Shown in pieces: positions 17,268 through 25,330 of a DNA stretch of 32,000 bases. A program made the position numbers and the translations under genes. This stretch comes from Candidatus Arthromitus sp. SFB-rat-Yit (GTDB lineage Bacteria; Bacillota; Clostridia; Clostridiales; Clostridiaceae), in NCBI RefSeq assembly GCF_000283555.1, contig NC_016012.1:1483557-1515556 (forward strand), given 5' to 3'. The notes under the pieces were generated by a model. It searched no databases. It had not been told where the DNA came from and saw only the letters and a program-made list of their open reading frames with translations. How positions within the stretch are numbered: position 1 is the first letter of the stretch; the number at the start of each line of letters is the position of its first letter.

Positions 17268-18461
17268 TTAATATGCTACATAATTAAGAGGATTATCTGC
17301 TTTACCATTTACCCTAACTTCAAAATGTAAGTGTGGACCTGTGCTTCTTCCGGTATTACCTATTTCACCTATCAATTGACCTTTTTTCACGTATTCACCT
17401 TCTTTTATAAACATAACATCGCAGTGTCCATATAATGTTTCAATTCCCTTACCATGATTCAATTTAATATAATTTCCATATACATTATTGTATGATACTA
17501 AATTTGCAAAACCAGATTCTGCTGCAAATATAGGATCCCCTATATTCCCCGCAATATCAATTCCATGATGTTTTTCTCCACCCCATCTTAGTCCAAAAGG
17601 AGAAGTTATAATATTACCTTTTGAAGGATTATTTAAATAAAATAATTCATTCCCTTGAACATCATTTAAAGAAGGTTTCAAGATTTTAGTAGATACTTTT
17701 CTCATCCCTATGTACTTATTATTATTATAAGTGATTTCTTTTACAACTTCACGATCAAATCCATTTTCATACATTTTTTCTTCGTCATTATGCTGATCAC
17801 AAATTTTTACTATCTGAACTTTATTATTTTTAGTGTTTTCCAAAAAAGTTTTACTAGCTACTATTTCGACGGTAGCTAAAATATTATTTTCCTGATTATT
17901 ACTCAATATAAACTCATACAATTGATCTTCACTCATAATATCCTTAATATTTAAAACAACCTCCTTAAAATCAATTTTTTCTTTAATCTTAATCCAATTA
18001 ATGGGAATATCTTTCAAATTATTCTTATTTATGTAGTAATTAAACAATTTCTTTTTCACATTATCAAATACATCTTTATTTTCAATATTAGCGATTATTT
18101 TATCCCCAACTAATAAATTATACCCTTTTACATAAACTCCTAAAGCTTCATCTAAAATTTTACTAATTTCTTCAGGAGATAAAAAATCTCCTTTCTTAGC
18201 TAATCTTACTTTAAAACCTAAAGAATCTGTTTTTACAATTTTATCTAATTCTATATTATTATTGTGTAATTTTTCTTTATAATATTCAGTAAATATTTTT
18301 TTATCTTTAGTTAATCCAATCTTATTCCCATTAATTAAAATTACATATCCTAAAGTTTTACCATATACCAAAAAAAATATTGATATTGCAAGAATAATGT
18401 TAATACTCAAAATTATGAACCCAACATTTATTTTGCATTTAAAATTTTGCATAAATTTCAT
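17268..18461 (-). CDS. Membrane-anchored M23 (LytM-type) peptidoglycan metalloendopeptidase
   Basis: N-terminal TM helix (VGFIILSINIILAISIFFLVY). C-terminal M23 motifs HHGIDIAG, NYIKLNHG, GNTGRSTGPHLHFEV. Confidence 0.85.
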   Translation of the reverse strand: MKFMQNFKCKINVGFIILSINIILAISIFFLVYGKTLGYVILINGNKIGLTKDKKIFTEYYKEKLHNNNIELDKIVKTDSLGFKVRLAKKGDFLSPEEISKILDEALGVYVKGYNLLVGDKIIANIENKDVFDNVKKKLFNYYINKNNLKDIPINWIKIKEKIDFKEVVLNIKDIMSEDQLYEFILSNNQENNILATVEIVASKTFLENTKNNKVQIVKICDQHNDEEKMYENGFDREVVKEITYNNNKYIGMRKVSTKILKPSLNDVQGNELFYLNNPSKGNIITSPFGLRWGGEKHHGIDIAGNIGDPIFAAESGFANLVSYNNVYGNYIKLNHGKGIETLYGHCDVMFIKEGEYVKKGQLIGEIGNTGRSTGPHLHFEVRVNGKADNPLNYVAY

Positions 18462-18589
18462 GTCATCCCCTATATCTCTTTTTGAGTATTATTTATACAT
18501 TTATTATAAAATATTCCTTTTTTTATTCTTACATCATAAAAAAAATGTTATAATTTAGTTCAAAATTTATTTTAGAAAGGCAAAATCAA

Positions 18590-19582
18590 ATGAGTTTATA
18601 TAAATTAAATTCTCCTTTTATAAACTATACTTTAATTGATAATAATTTTATTGATAATTTCCTACCAAACACACGTGGAGAATATGTAAAAATCTATATA
18701 CTTATTCTTAAGTATGCATCTTCTGGAGAAATGGGTTTTGACACCTCTTTTATTGCTAAAACACTTAATTTATTGGAATCAGATGTTAAAAACGCTCTCA
18801 ATTATTGGGATAATTTGGGATTAATAAAAATATCAACTATAGACAATAAGGTTTCTAATATAGAGTTTACTCAATTTTCAGATTTAAATAATTACCCGTC
18901 ATCATTGAATTTAATAAATCAGATAACTGACAATAACCTTATAGATTTTTTTAAAGAAATTGAATCAACTATAGGAAGGCCATTATCACAAAAAGAAATG
19001 GAAACATATATAAACTGGACTAAAAATTACAACTTTTCATATGAGTTAATTTTATATTTAATAAGTTATTGCGTAAATAAAAACAAAAAGGACTTTAGGT
19101 ACATTGAAAAAGTTGCAATCACATGGTCTGATTTAAATATTAACACTCTCGAGCAAGCTATGATATACACAGAAAAAAGAGAAAAACAATTTTATAACAT
19201 AAAAAAAATATTAACTTACATGGGATTGCCTGATACGGAAGTTAGTAAATCACATGAGGAATTATTTAACAAATGGCTTATAACCTATAATATGCCTTTA
19301 GAGCTAATCTATAAAGCGTGTGATATATGTTGTTCGAAATTATCTAAAAATGACCTCAATTATATTGATGGAATACTAAATAATTTCAAAAATTCAAATG
19401 TGTTTTCTATTGAAGATTTTAATAAGTATGAATCAAATAAAAATTTAATATCTAAAACTTCTTCAAATAAATCTATCAATAAAAATTCATTTTCAAATTT
19501 CCCGCAAAGAAGTTATGATTATGATAAACTTGAAAAAATATTAACACAAAATACATATGAGGAAAATAATACAGATGATTAA
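18590..19582 (+). CDS. DnaD-domain replication initiation/primosome protein (DnaD / B. subtilis DnaB-like)
   Basis: N-terminal winged-helix-like region and two DnaB_2/DnaD-type repeats (PLSQKEMETYINWTKNYNFSYELILYLISYCV; ...YNMPLELIYKACDIC). An extended -10 (TGTTATAAT, 18546-18554) lies upstream. Followed by an overlapping loader ATPase gene. Confidence 0.8.
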   Translation: MSLYKLNSPFINYTLIDNNFIDNFLPNTRGEYVKIYILILKYASSGEMGFDTSFIAKTLNLLESDVKNALNYWDNLGLIKISTIDNKVSNIEFTQFSDLNNYPSSLNLINQITDNNLIDFFKEIESTIGRPLSQKEMETYINWTKNYNFSYELILYLISYCVNKNKKDFRYIEKVAITWSDLNINTLEQAMIYTEKREKQFYNIKKILTYMGLPDTEVSKSHEELFNKWLITYNMPLELIYKACDICCSKLSKNDLNYIDGILNNFKNSNVFSIEDFNKYESNKNLISKTSSNKSINKNSFSNFPQRSYDYDKLEKILTQNTYEENNTDD

Positions 19583-20555
19583 AGGATATGGTGAAAAATT
19601 AGATAAGTTATATCAAGAGATAAGATATAACAACTCAAAAAAGCAAAATATCAGATTAAAAAATATATGTACTACTAATCCAGAAATTTTAACCCTAAAA
19701 AATAATATAAAAATTTTATCATTTCAGTTAATGAAATCACCTAATTCAAATAACTCCAATCAATTGAAATTAAAAATAAATGAAATTAGATCAAAAATTA
19801 AAAATATACTAAATGATTTAAATTTACCTGAAAATTACTTGGATACTATATATACATGCTCTTTATGTAATGATACAGGGTATATACTTACACAAAAATG
19901 TTCTTGTTTAATTTCAAATTTAACTAAACTATATTTAAAAGAATCAGAATTAAAGTTATCTATAATTAACAATAATTTTGAAAATTTCAATTTCTCTTTT
20001 TATTCTGATGATATCATTAAAAATAGCACAATATCGCCAAGCACAAATATCAAAAACATATATGCTAATATTTTAACCTATATAAAAACATTTAAAACAA
20101 ACAAATTAAACTTATTATTTAACGGTGAATGTGGTAGCGGTAAAACATTTATGACTCACTGTATAGCTAAAGATTTATTGGATAGTGGTTATTCAGTTTT
20201 ATATAAAACTTCAGAAGATTTATTTACAGAATTATTTAATTATTCTAACAATAAAATCGTTAATAGATTTAATGAAAGTATTAATGATTCGTTTTTAATA
20301 CAATGTGATCTCCTTATAATTGATGACCTTGGTACAGAAAATCAAAACAAATTATATCCCTCAATCTTTTTTAACTTTATTAACAAAAAATTGTTTTTAA
20401 ATAAAAAAATGATTATTTCTACAAATTTTACTCTAAGAGACTTACAACAAACATACTCTGATAGAATATTTTCCCGTATTATAGGAAATTTCAAAGTTTA
20501 TAATTTCTTTGTGCACGAAGATATAAGAATTCAACAAAAACAGATTAAGAGGTAG
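19575..20555 (+). CDS. DnaI/DnaC-like helicase-loader AAA+ ATPase (IstB-like)
   Basis: Zinc-ribbon-like CSLCNDTGY...CSC, Walker A GECGSGKTF, Walker B LLIIDDLGTE. The start is set at MIKGYGEK (19575) with GAGGAAAA 9 nt upstream, overlapping the dnaD-like stop by 8 nt. The track ORF starts at 19557. Confidence 0.8.
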   Translation: MIKGYGEKLDKLYQEIRYNNSKKQNIRLKNICTTNPEILTLKNNIKILSFQLMKSPNSNNSNQLKLKINEIRSKIKNILNDLNLPENYLDTIYTCSLCNDTGYILTQKCSCLISNLTKLYLKESELKLSIINNNFENFNFSFYSDDIIKNSTISPSTNIKNIYANILTYIKTFKTNKLNLLFNGECGSGKTFMTHCIAKDLLDSGYSVLYKTSEDLFTELFNYSNNKIVNRFNESINDSFLIQCDLLIIDDLGTENQNKLYPSIFFNFINKKLFLNKKMIISTNFTLRDLQQTYSDRIFSRIIGNFKVYNFFVHEDIRIQQKQIKR

Positions 20556-20580
20556 GGGTAAAACCCTACCTCTTAATCTG
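20541..20580. terminator. Bidirectional terminator shared by the dnaI-like gene (+) and rpsR (-)
   Basis: Perfect 17-bp stem cagattaagaggtaggg / ccctacctcttaatctg with loop gtaaaa. The TAG of the + gene (20553-20555) and the TAA of rpsR (complement of 20573-20575) both lie inside the arms. Confidence 0.7.
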
Positions 20581-20857
20581 TTGTAAAAGGAAGTAGAACT
20601 ATATTTCTAGCAAGTTTTATAGCTCTTGTAACTTCTCTTTGATGTTTAGCACAAGCACCTGATATTCTTCTTGGTAAAATCTTACCTCTTTCTGTAATAA
20701 ATTTCCTTAATTTATTAACATCTTTATAATCTATAAAATTAGACTTTTCAACACAAAAAGAGCATACTTTTTTTCTGGTTTTTCTCAGTCTAAAACCATT
20801 CTTTTTAACTTCTTGCTGTTTATTGTTCACGTTAGATGTTGAGTTGTTATTATTCAC
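20573..20857 (-). CDS. rpsR: 30S ribosomal protein S18
   Basis: CSFC...[53 protein letters not shown] start with GGAGGTGA upstream. Asn-rich N-terminal extension. Confidence 0.95.
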   Translation of the reverse strand: MNNNNSTSNVNNKQQEVKKNGFRLRKTRKKVCSFCVEKSNFIDYKDVNKLRKFITERGKILPRRISGACAKHQREVTRAIKLARNIVLLPFTTD

Positions 20858-20874
20858 TATCTCACCTCCAATTT

Positions 20875-21306
20875 TTAAAACGGTACATCCTCATCAATCA
20901 ATGTCATTTCATCACTCATAGGAATATCTCCATAATCAATAGAATTTCCAAAATCACTGTTGTTTTGCGTATTACTATTAGAAGATTTATTCCCCCAATC
21001 TATAAATGAAACTTCATCTGCTACAACTTCTGTTATATACCTTTTATTATTATCTTTATCGGCATATGTTCTAGTCTGAATCCTTCCAGAAACAGCAAAT
21101 TTACATCCCTTATTTATGTAATTAGCAGTAGCTTCTGCTTGCTTCCCCCAAATTACAACTTGTATAAAATCTGTTGTTTTGGGTTGTTCTTTTGAGGTTA
21201 CTTTTCTATCAATAGCTAAAGTAACCGTTGATACTGCCGTACCATTAGGTGTAAACCTTAACTCTGGGTCTTTAGTCAACCTTCCTATCAATATTACTTT
21301 ATTCAT
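20875..21306 (-). CDS. ssb: Single-stranded DNA-binding protein
   Basis: [27 protein letters not shown]-fold N-terminus and acidic C-terminal tip DEDVPF. Located between rpsF and rpsR. Confidence 0.95.
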   Translation of the reverse strand: MNKVILIGRLTKDPELRFTPNGTAVSTVTLAIDRKVTSKEQPKTTDFIQVVIWGKQAEATANYINKGCKFAVSGRIQTRTYADKDNNKRYITEVVADEVSFIDWGNKSSNSNTQNNSDFGNSIDYGDIPMSDEMTLIDEDVPF

Positions 21307-21315
21307 GAATAACCT

Positions 21316-21600
21316 CTATCTTCTGTTGACTATTATATGTCTTATAATATCATCCATTATTTTTAAGTTTCTATCTAATTCTTTTGGTAATTCTTCATTG
21401 CTTACAAAGTTTATTAAAACAAAATATCCTTCATTCTTCCTGTTTATTTCATAAGCTAACCTTTTCTTTCCCCAATGATCAATATTTTCTATATTCCCAT
21501 TGTAGCTCTCTATAATATGAGTAACCTTATCTATAACGCTAGCTATTCTCTCCTCAGTACTATCTGCATTAAGTATAAAAACAGTTTCATATTTCTTCAT
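21316..21600 (-). CDS. rpsF: 30S ribosomal protein S6
   Basis: MKKYETVFIL...HWGKKRLAYEI is canonical S6. 94 aa. Confidence 0.95.
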   Translation of the reverse strand: MKKYETVFILNADSTEERIASVIDKVTHIIESYNGNIENIDHWGKKRLAYEINRKNEGYFVLINFVSNEELPKELDRNLKIMDDIIRHIIVNRR

Positions 21601-21655
21601 ATTCTCACCTCCCTCCGGACTTAAGGCTACATAATTTTATGTAGCAGGGAAACAT
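21601..21655 (-). promoter_or_regulatory. Structured rpsF 5' leader (possible S6:S18 autoregulatory element)
   Basis: The minus-strand RNA reads uuucccu-GCUACAUaaaauuAUGUAGC-cuuaaguccggAGGGAGGugagaauAUG. It has an inner 7-bp hairpin, and an outer CCCU/AGGG pairing that would occlude the SD, with an asymmetric loop containing UCCGG. No covariance model was run. Confidence 0.4.
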
Positions 21656-21693
21656 AGATATTATATCATTTTAAAAGTTTATAATCAAACTAT

Positions 21694-21927
21694 TTATAAT
21701 TTCTTTTTGTTTATATTGTCATATATATATTTAATTAATATATTTTTTTCTTCAAGAATTTTAATTGAATTTTCAAAATCCTTTCTGTATATACCAATTC
21801 CAATACCGCAACTATTAGTTATATGTGTAGGTACAGGAACTATATTTAATTTTATTGACATTTGAGTTAAAATCTCTTCACATTTTAAAGCTCTATGTGT
21901 ATTAGAAAAAATTAATATGTATTCCAT
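21694..21927 (-). CDS. DUF3343 protein (putative S/Se carrier-like small protein)
   Basis: 77 aa. ILIFSNTHRALKCEEIL...VPVPTHITNSCGIGI matches the DUF3343 pattern. Divergent from a class V aminotransferase gene. Confidence 0.7.
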   Translation of the reverse strand: MEYILIFSNTHRALKCEEILTQMSIKLNIVPVPTHITNSCGIGIGIYRKDFENSIKILEEKNILIKYIYDNINKKKL

Positions 21928-21990
21928 TTTTTTATTAACTCCTTTAACTTACTATATTATTTTTGTTATATTATAATTGGGTGATAATTT

Positions 21991-23169
21991 ATGAATTTGT
22001 ATTTCGATAATTCTTCAACAAGTTTTCCGAAACCAAAAATTGTAATTGATTCTATAAATAATTTTACTTCAAATATTGGAGCTAGTCCAAATAGGGGGTG
22101 TTATGACTCATCAATAAAATCTAGTAAAATTCTTTTTGAATGCCGAGAGTTATTATGTGATTTTCTGCATTACACCTCTCCTGAGAATATAGTTTTTTCG
22201 TATAATGCAACTTATGCATTTAATATATTGCTTCAAAGTATTATGAACTCAAAATTTTTTTATGATAAGCCACATTTTTTAGTTTCAAATTTGGATCATA
22301 ATTCTACATTAAGACCATTAATTAATTTAAAAAATAAAAAAATAATAGATTTGGATTTTATAAATTGTACTAAAAATAATTTTATAGATTTTGATGATCT
22401 ATGCTCTAAAATAAAACCTGAAACGAAATTTGTAATAATATCCCACATGTCTAACGTTTTAGGTAATATCCAGGATTTAAACAGACTATCTAATATTTGT
22501 AAAAATTATAAAATTTTTTTAATTTTAGATGTAGCTCAAAGCATAGGTCTTTTAGATATAAATTTAAGTAAAATTTATTTTTCTGCTTTGATTTTTACAG
22601 GCCACAAAAACTTATTTTCAACTTCTGGTATAGGAGGTTTTGTTATATCTGATGAGCTTTTAAATTTATGTGACAATTATTTTCTGGGTGGTACCGGAAG
22701 TTTATCTTCATCATTATTATCAAATTCAGATATGCCTGATTATTTTGAAGTCGGTACTCATAATATGATTGGAGTATGTTCTTTAATGAGCGGTATTAAG
22801 TTTATAATAAATTATGGTTTAGATTTTATATATTCCAAAAAAAAGGATGTTCTTAAAAGTATATATGATAAAATATGTAATATCGATGATATAATTGTTC
22901 TTAATGACGTTTTTTTAGATAATCAAAATTCTAATATATGTATTAATTTTAAGAATTTATCTCCAGATATAGCATCGCACATGTTAAATAAACACTATGG
23001 TATTTGTGTTAGGTCTGGATTGCATTGCTCTCCTTACACACATAAGATTATTGGTACGTATCCATCCGGTTGCATTCGTATAAGTCCATCGATCTTCAAT
23101 AGTGTTGTTGATATAAATTATTTAATTTCATCTCTGAATAAAATTTGCAATGTTTCACGTGGAACATAG
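21991..23169 (+). CDS. Class V aminotransferase-fold PLP enzyme (cysteine desulfurase / selenocysteine lyase family)
   Basis: PLP-lysine context FTGHKNLFSTSGIGGF. Active-site cysteine loop VRSGLHCSPYTH. 392 aa. Confidence 0.85.
   Translation: MNLYFDNSSTSFPKPKIVIDSINNFTSNIGASPNRGCYDSSIKSSKILFECRELLCDFLHYTSPENIVFSYNATYAFNILLQSIMNSKFFYDKPHFLVSNLDHNSTLRPLINLKNKKIIDLDFINCTKNNFIDFDDLCSKIKPETKFVIISHMSNVLGNIQDLNRLSNICKNYKIFLILDVAQSIGLLDINLSKIYFSALIFTGHKNLFSTSGIGGFVISDELLNLCDNYFLGGTGSLSSSLLSNSDMPDYFEVGTHNMIGVCSLMSGIKFIINYGLDFIYSKKKDVLKSIYDKICNIDDIIVLNDVFLDNQNSNICINFKNLSPDIASHMLNKHYGICVRSGLHCSPYTHKIIGTYPSGCIRISPSIFNSVVDINYLISSLNKICNVSRGT
23151..23166. promoter_or_regulatory. parS: parS centromere-like site
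   Basis: TGTTTCACGTGGAACA. Its reverse complement TGTTCCACGTGAAACA fits the Firmicute consensus TGTTNCACGTGAAACA exactly. It lies in the last codons of the aminotransferase gene, 15 nt before the parA ATG. Confidence 0.85.
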
Positions 23170-23180
23170 AAGGTGGTATT

Positions 23181-23957
23181 ATGAAAAAAATATGTGTATT
23201 TAATCAAAAAGGTGGTGTTGGTAAGACAACTACAAACATAAATTTAGCTAGTTATCTTGCTTTGGAGGGTTTTAAAATTTTGGTTGTTGATATGGATCCC
23301 CAAGGTAATGCTTCTAGTGGTTTAGGTATAGATAAGAATAATCTCAACTCTTCTATATATGACTTATTTGTTTCTGATAAAGATCTAAATTCATTGATAA
23401 TTGAGAGCGATATAATTAAAAATTTATACATTGTTCCTTCGAGTATAAATCTTGCTGCTGCAGAGGTTGAACTTGCTAATATGAAGAATAGAGAGTTTTT
23501 GCTTAAAGATTCATTTTCTAAACTAAATGGTTTTTTTGATTTTGTTTTTATTGATTGCCCTCCTTCTTTAGGTTTTTTAAGTTTAAATTCTCTTGTTGCT
23601 AGTGATAGTCTTATAATTCCTATACAGTGTGAATTCTATGCTTTAGAGGGGTTAAGTCAATTGATAAATACTATAAGTCTTGTTAATCAATCTCTTAATA
23701 AAAAATTATACATAGAAGGTGTAATTTTAAATATGTTTGATTCACGTGCAAATCTTAGTAATGAGGTTGTTTCTGAGGTTAATAATTTTTTTGAGGATAA
23801 AGTGTACTCTACTATAATACCTAGAAATATTAAGCTTGCTGAGTCTCCTAGTTACGGTCTTCCGATTATGTTATATGATGAAAAATGTAAAGGGGCTATT
23901 TCTTATAAAAATTTAGCTAAAGAATTTATTTGCAGACAAAGGAGGAGTGGTTTATGA
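23181..23957 (+). CDS. soj: Chromosome partitioning ATPase ParA/Soj
   Basis: Deviant Walker A NQKGGVGKTT, VVDMDPQGNAS, FIDCPPSLG. The start at MKKICVF (23181) has GAAGGTGG upstream. The track ORF starts at 23145. Confidence 0.9.
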   Translation: MKKICVFNQKGGVGKTTTNINLASYLALEGFKILVVDMDPQGNASSGLGIDKNNLNSSIYDLFVSDKDLNSLIIESDIIKNLYIVPSSINLAAAEVELANMKNREFLLKDSFSKLNGFFDFVFIDCPPSLGFLSLNSLVASDSLIIPIQCEFYALEGLSQLINTISLVNQSLNKKLYIEGVILNMFDSRANLSNEVVSEVNNFFEDKVYSTIIPRNIKLAESPSYGLPIMLYDEKCKGAISYKNLAKEFICRQRRSGL

Positions 23958-24808
23958 AAAAAAATGTTCTTGGTAAGGGTTTAAATTCTCTGATACCAAA
24001 TTATGATAATAGTAATATTAATTATATTTTTATAGATATTGATTTAATCTGTGCAAATATTAATCAACCTCGTAAACATTTTAATGATTCTACTTTAAAT
24101 GAGTTGAGCGAATCTATTAAAATACACGGCATAATTCAACCATTAATCGTTAGCGAATTTGATAATAAATATTTAATAATCGCTGGCGAACGCAGGTACA
24201 GAGCTGCTAAAATGATAAATCTCAAAAAACTTCCTTGTATAATTGTTGAAAAATCAACTAGCGAAATACTTGAGTTATCTTTAATTGAAAACATACAAAG
24301 AGATGATTTGAATCCAATAGAAGAAGCTAGGGCATTTAAGAATCTTATAGATAACTTTAATATTACTCAAGAACGTTTATCTGATAGATTATCAATATCA
24401 AGAACTGCTATTACAAATAAGTTGCGATTATTAAATTTATCTTCTATTGTTCAAGATTACATATTAAATTATGATATAACAGAAGGACATGGTAAGGTTT
24501 TAGCTGGTATAAAAGATGAGTATCTTCAATTAGAAATATCTAATAAAATAATAGATGAGGATTTAAGTGTAAGGGAGACTGAAAGAATAATTCAATCTTT
24601 ATTTTCAAAGAGTAAAGATAAAAACAAAGATAAGGTTTGTTCTAAAAATGATATCTATATAAATAATTTAAAATTAAATTTAGAAAACTATTTTGGGACA
24701 AAGGTATCAATAAATACAAAAAAAAATAAAGGTAATATTCAAATAGAATATTACTCAACAGAAGATTTGAATAGAATATTAGATTTAATATACTCTAAAG
24801 ATATGTGA
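23954..24808 (+). CDS. spo0J: Chromosome partitioning protein ParB/Spo0J
   Basis: LGKGLNSLIP N-terminus, NQPRKHF, arginine patch GERRYRAA, HTH QERLSDRLSISRTAITNKLRLL. The ATG overlaps the parA stop (ATGA), with GGAGGAG upstream. Confidence 0.9.
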   Translation: MKKNVLGKGLNSLIPNYDNSNINYIFIDIDLICANINQPRKHFNDSTLNELSESIKIHGIIQPLIVSEFDNKYLIIAGERRYRAAKMINLKKLPCIIVEKSTSEILELSLIENIQRDDLNPIEEARAFKNLIDNFNITQERLSDRLSISRTAITNKLRLLNLSSIVQDYILNYDITEGHGKVLAGIKDEYLQLEISNKIIDEDLSVRETERIIQSLFSKSKDKNKDKVCSKNDIYINNLKLNLENYFGTKVSINTKKNKGNIQIEYYSTEDLNRILDLIYSKDM

Positions 24809-25218
24809 TTTATATCAAAATACTCTTTTATGTTTTCATTTTCATCTAAAAAGATATTTAACAACAACGTTAAGTATCTTTTTATTTTTTTGTCATTATT
24901 TTCTTTGACGCTCTGATTTAATTGTCTTATATATTTAGTTTTATTTCTGAATAACTTACTATTTTTAAAATTATTTGTATATTCTTTATACTTATCATAT
25001 TGATTATTTTTTTTGATTTGCTTTATTATTTTCTCCTTTTCATCTAAAATTTCTATCCATTTTTTATTTAATTCTGTATCATATTTTTCACTTAACCTTA
25101 AAAATTTCTTCTCTTGATTTAATAATTTTGTTACGCTATATGTATTAACATTGTATATTATCGTAATTATTATTAAATTTATAAAAAATATTTTAATGTA
25201 TTTTGTCAATTTTATCAT
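24751..25218 (-). CDS. Hypothetical N-terminally anchored or secreted Lys-rich coiled-coil protein
   Basis: 155-aa ORF in stop-rich DNA. Hydrophobic N-terminus IKIFFINLIIITIIYNV. AAGGAG abuts the ATG, and an alternative TTG lies 9 nt downstream. The last 19 codons overlap the parB 3' end in antisense. No recognisable family. Confidence 0.45.
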   Translation of the reverse strand: MIKLTKYIKIFFINLIIITIIYNVNTYSVTKLLNQEKKFLRLSEKYDTELNKKWIEILDEKEKIIKQIKKNNQYDKYKEYTNNFKNSKLFRNKTKYIRQLNQSVKENNDKKIKRYLTLLLNIFLDENENIKEYFDINHISLEYIKSNILFKSSVE

Positions 25219-25330
25219 CTCCTTAATTAATATTTTATCTAATATAATTTTAATTATTCTATTATTTTAAATCATATTTCTTAATATTTAACATAACCTT
25301 ATTGGTGTAGTAATATTTGGAGATACTCTT

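Noticed and set aside
21179-21454. 91-aa plus-strand ORF spanning ssb/rpsF
   Set aside because: It is antisense to two conserved genes and crosses their intergenic spacer, so it is a shadow ORF.
23738-23753. Second parS-like site TGATTCACGTGCAAAT inside parA
   Set aside because: It has four mismatches to TGTTNCACGTGAAACA, including positions outside the CACGTG core. Other CACGTG occurrences (about 11104, about 18672) are even poorer matches.
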